From the NCBI GenBank assembly GCA_031265875.1, contig JAISCA010000004.1:6031-70030 (forward strand): a DNA stretch of 64,000 bases. The letters run 5' to 3'. The position numbers and the translations under genes are program-made. Below, piece by piece: positions 35,709-45,126 of the stretch (the stretch's first letter is position 1; each line of letters opens with the position of its first letter). The notes below the pieces were generated by a model. It had not been told where the DNA came from, made no database searches, and saw only the letters and a program-made list of their open reading frames with translations. The stretch comes from Propionibacteriaceae bacterium (GTDB taxonomy: Bacteria > Actinomycetota > Actinomycetes > Propionibacteriales > Propionibacteriaceae).

Positions 35709-37391
35709 TCAGTCGCGGGTCAGGCGGCGGTGGGTGGTGCGGTGGGGCCGGGCCGCCTCGACGCCCAGGCGTTCGACCTTGTTGGCCTCGTAGTCGGCGA
35801 AATTGCCCTCGAACCAGAACCAGGCGGCCGGATCACCCTGGTCGCCCTCCCAAGCCAGGATGTGGGTGGCCACCCGGTCCAAGAACCAGCGGTCGTGCGA
35901 GATCACGACGGCGCAGCCGGGGAACTCCAGCAGGGCGTCCTCCAGCGATTGCAAGGTCTCCACGTCGAGGTCGTTGGTCGGCTCGTCCAAGAGCAGGACG
36001 TTGCCACCCTGCTTCAGGGTCAGTGCCAGGTTGAGACGGTTACGCTCACCGCCGGACAGCACCCCGGCCAGCTTCTGCTGGTCCGGGCCCTTGAAGCCGA
36101 AGGAGGCCACGTAGGCCCGAGACGGCATCTCGAAGGAGGCCACCTTGATGTGGTCGAGGCCGTCCGAGACGACCTCCCAGACGTTCTTGTCCGCCTCGAG
36201 GCCGGTCCGGCCCTGGTCGACGTAGGAGAAGCGAACGGTCTGGCCGACCTTGAGCTGGCCGGAGTCGGGCGTCTCCTGCCCGATGATCATCTTGAACAAG
36301 GTGGTCTTGCCCACCCCGTTGGGGCCGATGACGCCGACGATGCCGGCCCGGGGCAGGGAGAAGCTGAGGTCGTCGATCAGGCGGCGGTCGCCGAAGCCCT
36401 TGACCAGCTTGGTCGCCTCGATCACGTCGGAGCCCAAGCGGGGACCGGCCGGGATGTTGATCTCAGCCGGGTCGATCGGACGGTTGCGCTCAGCCTCGGC
36501 CGCCAACTCCTCGTAACGGGTCAGGCGGGCCCGGCTCTTGGCCTGGCGGGCCTTCGGATTCGAGCGCACCCACTCCAACTCGCGTTCGAGAATTTTGGCC
36601 CGCTTGGCGTCCTTCTTGCCCTCGATCTGCAGCCGCGACCGCTTGGTCTCCAGATAGGTCGAGTAGTTGCCTTCGTAGGGGTGCAACTGACCCCGGTCGA
36701 CCTCGCAGATCCAGCCGGCCACATTGTCCAGGAAATAACGGTCGTGGGTGACGGCCAAGACCGCGCCCGGGTAATTCTTGAGGTGCCCCTCCAGCCAAGC
36801 CACCGATTCGGCGTCGAGGTGGTTGGTGGGCTCGTCCAGCAGCAGCAGATCGGGTTGACGCAACAACAGCTGACAGAGCGCGACGCGGCGGCGCTCGCCG
36901 CCGGACAGGATGTCGACCAGGGTGTCGGGGTCGGGGCAGCGCAGGGCGTCCATGGCCTGATCCAGCCGGGAGTCGAGGTCCCAGGCCTCCAACTGATCGA
37001 GGTCGGTCTGCAGCTCCCCCATCTCGGTCAACAAGGCGTCGTAGTCGGCCTCGGGATCGGCCAAGGCGGCCGATATTTGGTTGAAACGTTCGAGCTTGGC
37101 CCGGGTCTCGGCCACCGCCTCCTGGACGTTCTCCAGCACCGTCTTGCCCTCGGTCAAGTTCGGCTCCTGCAGCAGGATGCCGACGCTGGCGTCTTTGGCC
37201 AAGTAGACGTCGCCGTTGTTCGGCTTCTCCAGCCCGGCCATCAGCTTGAGCAGGGTCGACTTGCCGGCCCCGTTGGGCCCCACCACGCCGATCTTGGCGT
37301 CCGGGAAGAAGGACATCGTGACTTGCTCGAAGATGACCTTCTCGCCCAAGGTCTTGCGCACGTTATGCAGCGTCATGATGAACTCAGCCAC
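35709..37391 (-). CDS. ettA: energy-dependent translational throttle protein EttA (ABC-F)
   Basis: GGAGG then GTG 37391 gives VAEFIMTLHNVRK..., colinear with recalled E. coli EttA. Two ABC cassettes (GPNGAGKST, GPNGVGKTT) and LSGGERRRVAL are present. Confidence 0.92.
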   Translation of the reverse strand: MAEFIMTLHNVRKTLGEKVIFEQVTMSFFPDAKIGVVGPNGAGKSTLLKLMAGLEKPNNGDVYLAKDASVGILLQEPNLTEGKTVLENVQEAVAETRAKLERFNQISAALADPEADYDALLTEMGELQTDLDQLEAWDLDSRLDQAMDALRCPDPDTLVDILSGGERRRVALCQLLLRQPDLLLLDEPTNHLDAESVAWLEGHLKNYPGAVLAVTHDRYFLDNVAGWICEVDRGQLHPYEGNYSTYLETKRSRLQIEGKKDAKRAKILERELEWVRSNPKARQAKSRARLTRYEELAAEAERNRPIDPAEINIPAGPRLGSDVIEATKLVKGFGDRRLIDDLSFSLPRAGIVGVIGPNGVGKTTLFKMIIGQETPDSGQLKVGQTVRFSYVDQGRTGLEADKNVWEVVSDGLDHIKVASFEMPSRAYVASFGFKGPDQQKLAGVLSGGERNRLNLALTLKQGGNVLLLDEPTNDLDVETLQSLEDALLEFPGCAVVISHDRWFLDRVATHILAWEGDQGDPAAWFWFEGNFADYEANKVERLGVEAARPHRTTHRRLTRD

Positions 37392-37624
37392 AGACTGCCT
37401 CCGATCAGGGATACGGGCGGGGCTGGCCCGGCCCTCAGCCCCGCTGCGGCCCGGCGTCAACCCCGATGACAGATGAATTATGCCAGCGGACAGCGAAACC
37501 CACCCCGTCGCCGTAACCGCCCGTCCGGCCGGGAGCCATCACCCGAACGGAGAGTCGCAACCCTTGCCACAGCCTGTCGGCGGTCGCAAGCCTCCGTTCG
37601 GCGATGGGGTGGGAGGGAGCGAGG

Positions 37625-38503
37625 TCAGCGGCGGGAGTCGGGGCAGGGCGGCAGGCGCCAGGTCCGCTCCTGGGAGCCGATGGCCGACTGCCGCCGCCAG
37701 CGGATGCGCTCGCGTTCGGCCGGTGGGTCGGGCGATGGCACCGCCGCCAGCAGCTCTCGGGTGTAGGGGTGCTGGGGCTCTGTCACGACCTGGCCGGTCG
37801 GGCCGGCCTCGACGATCTGGCCGCCGAACATGACCAACACCCGGTCGCAGGTCTCGGACACCACCGCCAGGTCGTGCGAGACGAAGATGTAGGCCGTTCG
37901 AGTCTGGCGTTGAATGCTGTTCAGCAGTTCCAGGATCTCAGCCTGGATGGTGACGTCCAAAGACGACACCGGCTCGTCCAAGACGATCAGCTCCGGCTTC
38001 AGCATCAAGGCGCGGGCGATGGCGATGCGTTGGCGCTGTCCGCCCGAGAACTCGTGCGGGAAGCGTCGCAGAGCGGTCATGGGCAATTGGACCTCGTCCA
38101 AGGCCTCGCGCAGGGCCGCCTCGGCCGGCCCCGACAGCCCGGCCACGCTGAGCGGTTCCCGCAGGATGTCGCTCACCGTCAGACGCGGGTCGAGCGACGA
38201 GAAGGGGTCTTGGAAGACGACCCCGACCCGGCACCAGAAGGCCCGCTTGGAAGCGCGCCGGGCGTAGTCGACCTGATCGCCGTCGAAGACGACCGTGCCG
38301 GCGGTGGGCTGATGCAGGCCCAGGACGGTGCGCAAGAGAGTGGTCTTGCCCGAGCCCGATTCGCCCACCACGCCGAGGGTCTGCCCCGCCGTCATCTCGA
38401 AGCTGGCCCCGCAGAGGGCATGGATGACGGATCGGCGCTGGAAGGGACGGTGGGTCCAGAAGTGCTTGGTCAGGCCTGCCACCGCCAGCAGCGGCTCAGT
38501 CAT
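37625..38503 (-). CDS. peptide/nickel ABC transporter ATP-binding protein (OppF/DppF-like)
   Basis: 292 aa. GESGSGKTT, FSGGQRQRIAIARAL, and the C-terminal oligopeptide-type motif PQHPYTRELLAA. Confidence 0.88.
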   Translation of the reverse strand: MTEPLLAVAGLTKHFWTHRPFQRRSVIHALCGASFEMTAGQTLGVVGESGSGKTTLLRTVLGLHQPTAGTVVFDGDQVDYARRASKRAFWCRVGVVFQDPFSSLDPRLTVSDILREPLSVAGLSGPAEAALREALDEVQLPMTALRRFPHEFSGGQRQRIAIARALMLKPELIVLDEPVSSLDVTIQAEILELLNSIQRQTRTAYIFVSHDLAVVSETCDRVLVMFGGQIVEAGPTGQVVTEPQHPYTRELLAAVPSPDPPAERERIRWRRQSAIGSQERTWRLPPCPDSRR

Positions 38504-40478
38504 GGCCGGCCTCCTGATCGAGTCGCGCCGAGGCGGTTGGGGGCGGAGAGGCCGCTACGCCGGGGCCGCCGGACGGCGCCTCAGCCTCCGAGCCGGCCTG
38601 GGCCCAAACCGGGGGCGAGCCCGAGTCCGGTCCGCGCCTGAGCCGGGGCACCCGGGCCAGCAAGGTCTGGGTGTAGGGATGGCGGGGCCTAGCGAAGAGA
38701 TCGTCCACCGGCGCCGCCTCGACCAGTCGGCCGTCTTTCATGACCAGGACGCGGTCGACCAGCCCGGCCACCAGGGCCAGATCGTGGGTGATGAAGATCA
38801 TGGCCGCTCCGACCGAGGCGCGAGCGGCCTCCAGGGAGTCGAGCACCCGGGCCTGCACCGTCACGTCGAGGGCGGTAGTGGGCTCGTCGGCGATGATCAA
38901 CTGGGGCCGGGGGACGATGGCCAAAGCGATCACGATGCGCTGACGCATGCCGCCGGACAACTCGTGCGGGTACTGGTAGAGACGGTCCGGAGCCCGCGTG
39001 ATGCCGACCGCCTCCATCAGCTCGACCGCCCGTCGGCGCACTTCGGCGTCGGCCACCCGATGGCCGGACAAGGCCCGCAGCGTCTCTTCGAAGTGCCGGA
39101 AGACGGTCAGGACCGGGTTCAGGCTGGTCATCGGGTCTTGCAGGATGATGCTGATCTGGGAGCCCCGGATGGCCCGCCACTGGTCGTAGTCGAGATCGGT
39201 CAGGCTGCGGCCCCGGAAACGCACTTGACCGCTCAACTGGGCCCCGACCGGCAATAGGCCGACGGCGGCTAAGACCGTCATGGTCTTGCCCGAACCCGAC
39301 TCCCCGACCAGGGCGACGACCTCGCCGGGAGCCAGGCGCAAGGACAGATCGTCCACCGCCTGGACCCGCTCGGCCGGGAACTCGACCCCCAGCCGCTCGA
39401 TCTCCAGTAAGGGCTCATCCGCTGGAACCAGATCGTCCGTCGGAACCGGCTCGCCCGGCGGCGCTGGGACGGCGCGACCGCTCTGCCCGCCGGCGCGGCT
39501 GGTCCTAGCCGACCCGGTCGAACGCCGCCGGGAGCGACGGCGGCGCTTGTCCAGGTAGTCGTTGGTGACACGATGCGGGTTGAGGGCCCGCCGCAGCGAC
39601 TCGCCCAAGAAATTGATGGCCAGGACGAACACGATGATGGCCAGGCCGGGGAAGTAGAAGGTCCAAGGCCTGGTCATGGCCGAGTCCTTGGCGTTCGACA
39701 CCAAGAGGCCCAAGGAGGTGTCGGGCGGACGGATGCCGAAGCCGAGGAAGGACAGACCGGACTCGCTCAAGACGGCGGTTCCGACCAGCAAGGTGACCGA
39801 GACGATGACTTGGTCGAGCACATTGGGCAAGACGTGCCGAACCATGATGCGAGGCTGCGAGGCGCCCATCAGAATGGCGGCGTCGACGTATAACTCCTGC
39901 CGGATGGACAGACTGACGCCCCGCACCAAGCGGGCCATCGAGGTCCAGAGCAAGGCGGCTAGGACCATCGACAGGGTGAAGGTGGAGATGCCGACGCCGC
40001 GTAGCCGCGAGCCCAGGAAGGAGGCCAGCGCCATCGAGGGAATGGTCAGGATGAGATCGACCAACCGCATGATCAGGTTGTCCACCAGACCGCCTCGGAA
40101 GCCGGCCACGATCCCGCCCACGACTCCCAGCAGGGTGGCCGGCAGAGCCACCATGAAGGCGATCGAGAGCGACTGGCGCAGACCGCGCAAGACCAAGGCC
40201 AACATGTCGTGGCCCAAGGTGTCGGTGCCGAAGGGATGGACGGCCGAAGGCGGCTGCGACAGGTCGGGTGTGATGGTGGTGTGGCTGTAAATCCACAGCG
40301 GACCGCCGCAGACGGCCGCCAGCACCATGGCCGAGACCACGGTCAAGGAGATCAGCGCCACCGGATCGCGCAAGAAGCGGTGTCTGGCCACCGCCCAGGC
40401 CGAAGCCGAGGCCGGGCCCGCCGCCGGACCCGGGCCTAAGCCCGGCTTCAGCCCGGCCGGCGCGATCGGCTCAGACAT
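38496..40478 (-). CDS. fused peptide ABC permease (DppC/OppC-like) and ATP-binding (DppD/OppD-like) protein
   Basis: 660 aa. The N-terminal ~300 aa is multi-TM with an EAA-like loop YVDAAILMGASQPRIMVRHVLPN. An Arg-rich linker KRRRRSRRRS follows, then GESGSGKT, LSGGMRQRIVIA and PRHPYTQTLL. Confidence 0.85.
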   Translation of the reverse strand: MSEPIAPAGLKPGLGPGPAAGPASASAWAVARHRFLRDPVALISLTVVSAMVLAAVCGGPLWIYSHTTITPDLSQPPSAVHPFGTDTLGHDMLALVLRGLRQSLSIAFMVALPATLLGVVGGIVAGFRGGLVDNLIMRLVDLILTIPSMALASFLGSRLRGVGISTFTLSMVLAALLWTSMARLVRGVSLSIRQELYVDAAILMGASQPRIMVRHVLPNVLDQVIVSVTLLVGTAVLSESGLSFLGFGIRPPDTSLGLLVSNAKDSAMTRPWTFYFPGLAIIVFVLAINFLGESLRRALNPHRVTNDYLDKRRRRSRRRSTGSARTSRAGGQSGRAVPAPPGEPVPTDDLVPADEPLLEIERLGVEFPAERVQAVDDLSLRLAPGEVVALVGESGSGKTMTVLAAVGLLPVGAQLSGQVRFRGRSLTDLDYDQWRAIRGSQISIILQDPMTSLNPVLTVFRHFEETLRALSGHRVADAEVRRRAVELMEAVGITRAPDRLYQYPHELSGGMRQRIVIALAIVPRPQLIIADEPTTALDVTVQARVLDSLEAARASVGAAMIFITHDLALVAGLVDRVLVMKDGRLVEAAPVDDLFARPRHPYTQTLLARVPRLRRGPDSGSPPVWAQAGSEAEAPSGGPGVAASPPPTASARLDQEAGHD

Positions 40479-41460
40479 GGTCGGCCCTTCTCATCCTGGG
40501 GTCGATGACGCGATACAAGATGTCGGTCAGCAGATTGAAACCGACCACGGCCGAGGCCGAGACCATCAGCCAGCCCAGGACCACATTGACGTCGGACCGG
40601 CGCAGGGCGTCCAGCAGCAGGGCGCCCATGCCGTTCCATTGGAAGACGGTCTCGGTGATGATGGCGCCGGAGAACAGGCCGGGCATCTCCAATCCGACGA
40701 TGGTGATGAGCGGGATCAAACTAGGCCGGATGACATGGGAACGCATGACCTGGCCCCGGGGCAGGCCGCGCAGGATGGCGTACTTGACGTGGTCGGCCTG
40801 CAAGGCCCGGATGGTGGCCGCGCGTTGGTACCTGGTCCAAGCCGCCAGATGGACTAAGACCAAGACGATGGTGGGCAAGATCAGATGACCGGCCAAGTCG
40901 AGGCTGTGGCTCCAGAAGCCGGTCACGGGCGGCACCGACTCGAAGCCGACGGTGTAGAAGACGCGGTACCCAGTGGTCTGGTTGATCCAGATGCCGCCTT
41001 GCTTGAGCAGGACCGCCATCCAGAAGGAGGGCAGGGACAGCAACACGAAGGAGCCGAAGGTCAGACTAAGATCGGGCCATCGGTTCTGGCGCAGCCCCGA
41101 CACCAGACCGGCCCCGACGGCCAAGACGATGGCCACGAACATGGCCAAGACCACCAGCCGGAGGGTCACCTGGACCCGGCCGCCCAGCTCGGCGGCGATG
41201 TCCAGGCTAGGCGAGACGGATTGACCGAAGTCCCCCCGCAGGACGCCCGCGATCCAACGCAGGTAACGCTCGGGCAGGGGCAGATCGAGGCCGAGGCGGT
41301 GCTCCTCGGCCGCGATCACGGACGGCGAGACGGGCGGATCCTGTTGCCGCAGCTCGGCCAACGGGTCGCCGGCCAAGGACACCAGTGCGAAGATCAGGAT
41401 CGAGGACGCCAACAGCACCAAAAGGCTGTTGACGACCCTGAGGGCGATGCTCCGAACCAT
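40471..41460 (-). CDS. peptide ABC transporter permease (DppB/OppB-like)
   Basis: 329 aa. Multi-TM protein with YAILRGLPRGQVMRSHVIRPSLIP. Confidence 0.85.
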   Translation of the reverse strand: MVRSIALRVVNSLLVLLASSILIFALVSLAGDPLAELRQQDPPVSPSVIAAEEHRLGLDLPLPERYLRWIAGVLRGDFGQSVSPSLDIAAELGGRVQVTLRLVVLAMFVAIVLAVGAGLVSGLRQNRWPDLSLTFGSFVLLSLPSFWMAVLLKQGGIWINQTTGYRVFYTVGFESVPPVTGFWSHSLDLAGHLILPTIVLVLVHLAAWTRYQRAATIRALQADHVKYAILRGLPRGQVMRSHVIRPSLIPLITIVGLEMPGLFSGAIITETVFQWNGMGALLLDALRRSDVNVVLGWLMVSASAVVGFNLLTDILYRVIDPRMRRADHV

Positions 41461-41482
41461 CGTGGGACTGGGCTCGACCGCC

Positions 41483-43018
41483 TCAAGCGGACGGTCGGTC
41501 GGTCAGACCGGCCTCACCGCCTCGCGGGCTGACCGGGCGGATCCGGCCCCAGTGCCAGAACGGGATGGAGTACTGCAACTGGTCGGCCCAACCGAAGAAG
41601 TGCGGGCTACGGGCGAAATAGTGGCCGTACCAATACAACGGCACGAACTCGACCGACTCGGCCCATAACCGCTGGACCTGGCGGAACAGGCGGCCCCGTT
41701 CGGCTTGGTCCACCGTCACCTGGGCGGCCGCGAAGGCGGCGTCGACGGCTGGGTCGTTGGCCCCGATCCAATTGCCGGGGCTGGTCGAGGTGTAACGGCT
41801 GGCCAGCATCCCCGGATCGGGGGCCATGCCGCCGCCGGAGACCACGAAATCGAAGTCCCCGCCCTGGTCGACCACCTCCCGCCACTGGGGCGAGGGCAAC
41901 CCGATCGCCTCGGCCGCGATGCCGACCTGACCCAGTTGCTGAGCCAGAGCCCGCGCCAGGTCGCCGTGCCAGGAGAAGGTGCGCATGTAGTAGAGCCGCA
42001 GGCTCCGTCGCTGACCGTCCGCCGCCCGGACCAGACCGACCTCGTCCAGCAGACGGTTGGCCTGAGCCAGGTCCTGCTCCGGAGCGCTGACCGAGGGGTC
42101 GAAGGCCCAGTCCACGTTCGGGATCAGGTAATGGGTCCAGGCTTGCGAGACTCCCTGATCGAACAGAGTGCGGTCGAAAGCCGAGCGGTCGACCGTCAAG
42201 GCGATGGCCCGGCGGGCCCGAGGGTCGTTCCAGGGCGCTCGCCGGTGGTTGAACTCCAACCGGGCCATGCCGGCGCCATGTTGGGCGGTCAAGCGGAAGT
42301 TGGCTGGATCACAGTCGTCCAGCAGGCCGAGCCGGTCGAAGGTCAAGACATCTTGCACCATGTAGTCGGCTTGACCCCGGCCGACCATCCGCACGCCCTC
42401 GTCGATGTCGTCCACCACGATGATCTCGATCCGGTCGACGCCTGGCCGCGGCCCCCAGTGGTCTTTCACCGCCTCCAAGACGACGTTGCCTGAGACTTCC
42501 CACTCGGCCACCCGGAAGGGTCCCGACCCGACCGGATCGAGGTTGTGCGGATTGGTCGCCCAGTCGGTCCCTTCGTAGAGGTGGGCGGGCAGGACCAAGG
42601 TGGTGATGAAATTGCCCAATTTGGTCAGGAAGGCGGCGTCCGGGCGCTCCAGGACGTAGTCCACGGTGTGCCGGTCGACCTCCACGATGGCCTTGACGCC
42701 GGCCAGGTTGGCCGCCGCCTGGTAACCCTTCTGGAATTGCTCGGTGTGGGTGTAGGCGACGTCGTGGGCGGTCAGCGGCTGGCCGTCTTGCCAACGGGCC
42801 GAGTGGTCGAGGTGGAAGCGATAGACCCGGGCCTGGTCCAGCACCTCCCAGTGCTTGGCCAAGTCGGGATAGACCATCGGCGAATCCCACTCGTGCAAGA
42901 CGACCCGGTTGTAGATGTTGGCGCAGACGATGTAGCCGGCCGAGCCGGTGACATTGCGATAAGCGTCGTTGAACTCGGTCGTGCCCTGGTCGGTCACGAC
43001 CCGGAAGGTGATGGTCAC
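41483..43018 (-). CDS. SBP family 5 (peptide/nickel binding protein) homologue lacking any signal peptide
   Basis: 511 aa from GTG 43018. An in-frame TAG at 43030-43028 blocks any N-terminal extension. The N-terminus MTITFRVVTDQGTTEFNDAYRN has no hydrophobic region or lipobox. Confidence 0.75.
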   Translation of the reverse strand: MTITFRVVTDQGTTEFNDAYRNVTGSAGYIVCANIYNRVVLHEWDSPMVYPDLAKHWEVLDQARVYRFHLDHSARWQDGQPLTAHDVAYTHTEQFQKGYQAAANLAGVKAIVEVDRHTVDYVLERPDAAFLTKLGNFITTLVLPAHLYEGTDWATNPHNLDPVGSGPFRVAEWEVSGNVVLEAVKDHWGPRPGVDRIEIIVVDDIDEGVRMVGRGQADYMVQDVLTFDRLGLLDDCDPANFRLTAQHGAGMARLEFNHRRAPWNDPRARRAIALTVDRSAFDRTLFDQGVSQAWTHYLIPNVDWAFDPSVSAPEQDLAQANRLLDEVGLVRAADGQRRSLRLYYMRTFSWHGDLARALAQQLGQVGIAAEAIGLPSPQWREVVDQGGDFDFVVSGGGMAPDPGMLASRYTSTSPGNWIGANDPAVDAAFAAAQVTVDQAERGRLFRQVQRLWAESVEFVPLYWYGHYFARSPHFFGWADQLQYSIPFWHWGRIRPVSPRGGEAGLTDRPSA

Positions 43019-43091
43019 GTTGACTCCCTAAGAGAGAAGGCCAGCTAAGAGAAGGCCGGCCCGCAGAGACCGGGCGGCCGGAAGCGACGGC

Positions 43092-43139
43092 CCCAGGCGG
43101 GCGGCCCCGAAAACCAAACGCCGGGGCCGCCCGCCTGGG
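43092..43139 (-). other. 18-bp perfect GC-rich stem-loop between the two binding-protein genes (attenuator / mRNA stabiliser)
   Basis: CCCAGGCGGGCGGCCCCG, a 12-nt loop, then CGGGGCCGCCCGCCTGGG. On the minus strand it starts 7 nt after stop 43146. Confidence 0.65.
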
Positions 43140-43145
43140 CTGGTC

Positions 43146-44846
43146 TCAGGCCAGGAAACCCCAGCCGTTGATGCTCCAGGTGATGCCGTACTTGCTCATG
43201 GACGGCGCGATGCCGCCGAACTGCTGCGAGTGGATGAGAACGTTGCCGATCGAGTAGAGCGGCAGGGCCACCGCCTCCTCCAACAGCAGAGCGTCCATGG
43301 CGTTGAGGATGCGAACCGACTCCGCCGGGTCGAGGGCGAGGTTGCCTTCGGCCACCAAGGCGTCGAAAGCGGTCGAGGAGTAGCCCGAACCGTTGCGGGC
43401 CTTGCCCGTGCCGTACCACTGGTCGAGGGCTTGGACGCCCAGGTCGCCAGCCGTGGCGGTGACCAAGATGTCGAACTCGCCGGCGAATCCGGCCGTGCCG
43501 TAGCGGGTCGAGTCGGCCGAGTCGATGACGGTCTGGATGCCCAGGGCCTTGAGCTGATTGTTCAAGATCTCAGCCATCTGAACACGCTCATTGTCACTGG
43601 CGTAGGTCAGGATGGTGAGCGGACGCAAAGCCGTGCCGTCGGGCAGGTGGAGTTGGCCGTCCTGGATGGTGTAACCGGCGCCGGTCAGCAGTTCGATGGC
43701 GCCGGCCACGTCGCCTTGCCCGACGTTGGCGGACTTGGCGTTGTCTCGGTAGGGGTCGCCCGTGAAATCGGACACCCGTTGACCGGGGGCGTAGGCCAGA
43801 CTGCCCAACAACGGCGTCTCCGGCGCGTACTGACGCGGGATCCGAGTCACGATGTCAGCGCCGTCGATGGCCCGCGCCACCGCCAAGCGCAGGACCGGAT
43901 CGCCCAAAGCGTCCCCGGTGGTCTTGAAGATCAGGTTGAAGTAGGTCAGCCCGCCGATGATCTCGACCACCGAGCCTTCGATGGAATTGGCTTTCTCGAC
44001 CGTCTCCAGCGACGGGTTCTGATAGACAATGGTCACTTCGCCATTTTGATAAGCCGTGATGACCTCGCTGGGCGATGTGATATAGCGATAATGAATTGTG
44101 TCAAGATGAGCCGGAGCGCCATACCACTTGTCGTTTTTAACCATCGTCAAGGAGACATTGGCTTGGAAATCGCTGATCACATAAGGGCCGCCTGAAATAG
44201 ATGGCACATTGTTGACGAAACCATCATTGAAGGCGGTCACCGTATCGCCATACGTGGCGGCGACGTGCTCCGGCAGAATCACGATAAAGAGCGTCTTCCA
44301 CATCGTGAATGGACTCTCGAAGACGGCCGTGACCGTTTTCTTGTCAGCCGACATGGTCAGCCTCATCTGGTCGTACCCGGCGGTCCAGGCGGCCTGGCAA
44401 TCGGCGCACTGACGCGGGTCTTGGACCATCTGGGTGAAGGCGAAGTCGTCGCCGTCGATGGGCTCGCCGTCCGACCAGACGGCTTCGGGACGGATCTTGT
44501 ATTCCACCGTCATGGGGTCGGTGCTGACGATGTCGGCCGACTCCATGAGGTCGGTGTTGAGCTGGAGCGAACCGTCGGAGGCTCCATAGAAGACGTGGGG
44601 ATAGAAGGGCCATTGGGCCTGCCGGTTGCCAGTCGTGTCGCCTTGGGCGGTGAGTGGGTTCCATGACCTCGGGGTGGCGATGAAGCCGGCGAAGACGGCC
44701 TCGCCGCCGTCTTTGACCTCGGCTTGAATGGGGCCAGAAGTCGGACCCGAGGGATCGTCGATCTTGGAACAGCCCGCTAGAGCGGTCGATCCCAAAGCTA
44801 GGACTAAGCCGATCGTCAGAGCCAGTTTGCGTGTTTTTCGCATCAT
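43146..44846 (-). CDS. peptide/nickel ABC transporter substrate-binding lipoprotein (SBP family 5)
   Basis: Start MMRKTRKLALTIGLVLALGSTALAGCSK (ATG 44846 or 44843), after AGGAAAGG. The track ORF start at 44972 is trimmed. Confidence 0.85.
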   Translation of the reverse strand: MMRKTRKLALTIGLVLALGSTALAGCSKIDDPSGPTSGPIQAEVKDGGEAVFAGFIATPRSWNPLTAQGDTTGNRQAQWPFYPHVFYGASDGSLQLNTDLMESADIVSTDPMTVEYKIRPEAVWSDGEPIDGDDFAFTQMVQDPRQCADCQAAWTAGYDQMRLTMSADKKTVTAVFESPFTMWKTLFIVILPEHVAATYGDTVTAFNDGFVNNVPSISGGPYVISDFQANVSLTMVKNDKWYGAPAHLDTIHYRYITSPSEVITAYQNGEVTIVYQNPSLETVEKANSIEGSVVEIIGGLTYFNLIFKTTGDALGDPVLRLAVARAIDGADIVTRIPRQYAPETPLLGSLAYAPGQRVSDFTGDPYRDNAKSANVGQGDVAGAIELLTGAGYTIQDGQLHLPDGTALRPLTILTYASDNERVQMAEILNNQLKALGIQTVIDSADSTRYGTAGFAGEFDILVTATAGDLGVQALDQWYGTGKARNGSGYSSTAFDALVAEGNLALDPAESVRILNAMDALLLEEAVALPLYSIGNVLIHSQQFGGIAPSMSKYGITWSINGWGFLA

Positions 44847-44991
44847 GCCTTTCCTAATGTGAAAAGTTACAAGACTAGTGGAGCGGTCCTTATGGGACGG
44901 ATATAACAAATCGTGACAATGATTAGAAAGCAGGCCGGACGACACCTGCGACGCCGACTTTGAGCTATCCAATCCGGGACATTTTCGGAGA

Positions 44992-45001
44992 GTGTATACA
45001 C
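44992..45001. promoter_or_regulatory. perfect palindrome GTGTATACAC upstream of the peptide ABC operon (candidate operator)
   Basis: Lies in an AT-richer 280-bp gap, about 146 nt upstream of start 44846. Confidence 0.3.
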
Positions 45002-45126
45002 ACCCACTGCCCCGGTGTCAATCAATAATCCGGAAATCGGCACAGACCGCCCGTGCGGCTCGAACCGACCCGGTCGCGGACCTTAGACCCCCGGCGGCGA
45101 GCTGACCGGGCGGGACCGGATCCAGC

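Noticed and set aside
37545-37599. Terminator after the peptide ABC operon (GAACGGAG ... CTCCGTTC)
   Set aside because: The 8-bp stem encloses a 39-nt loop and has no U-tract. It is too weak to call. A second stem, GCGGGGCTG/CAGCCCCGC near 37414-37443, is equally ambiguous.
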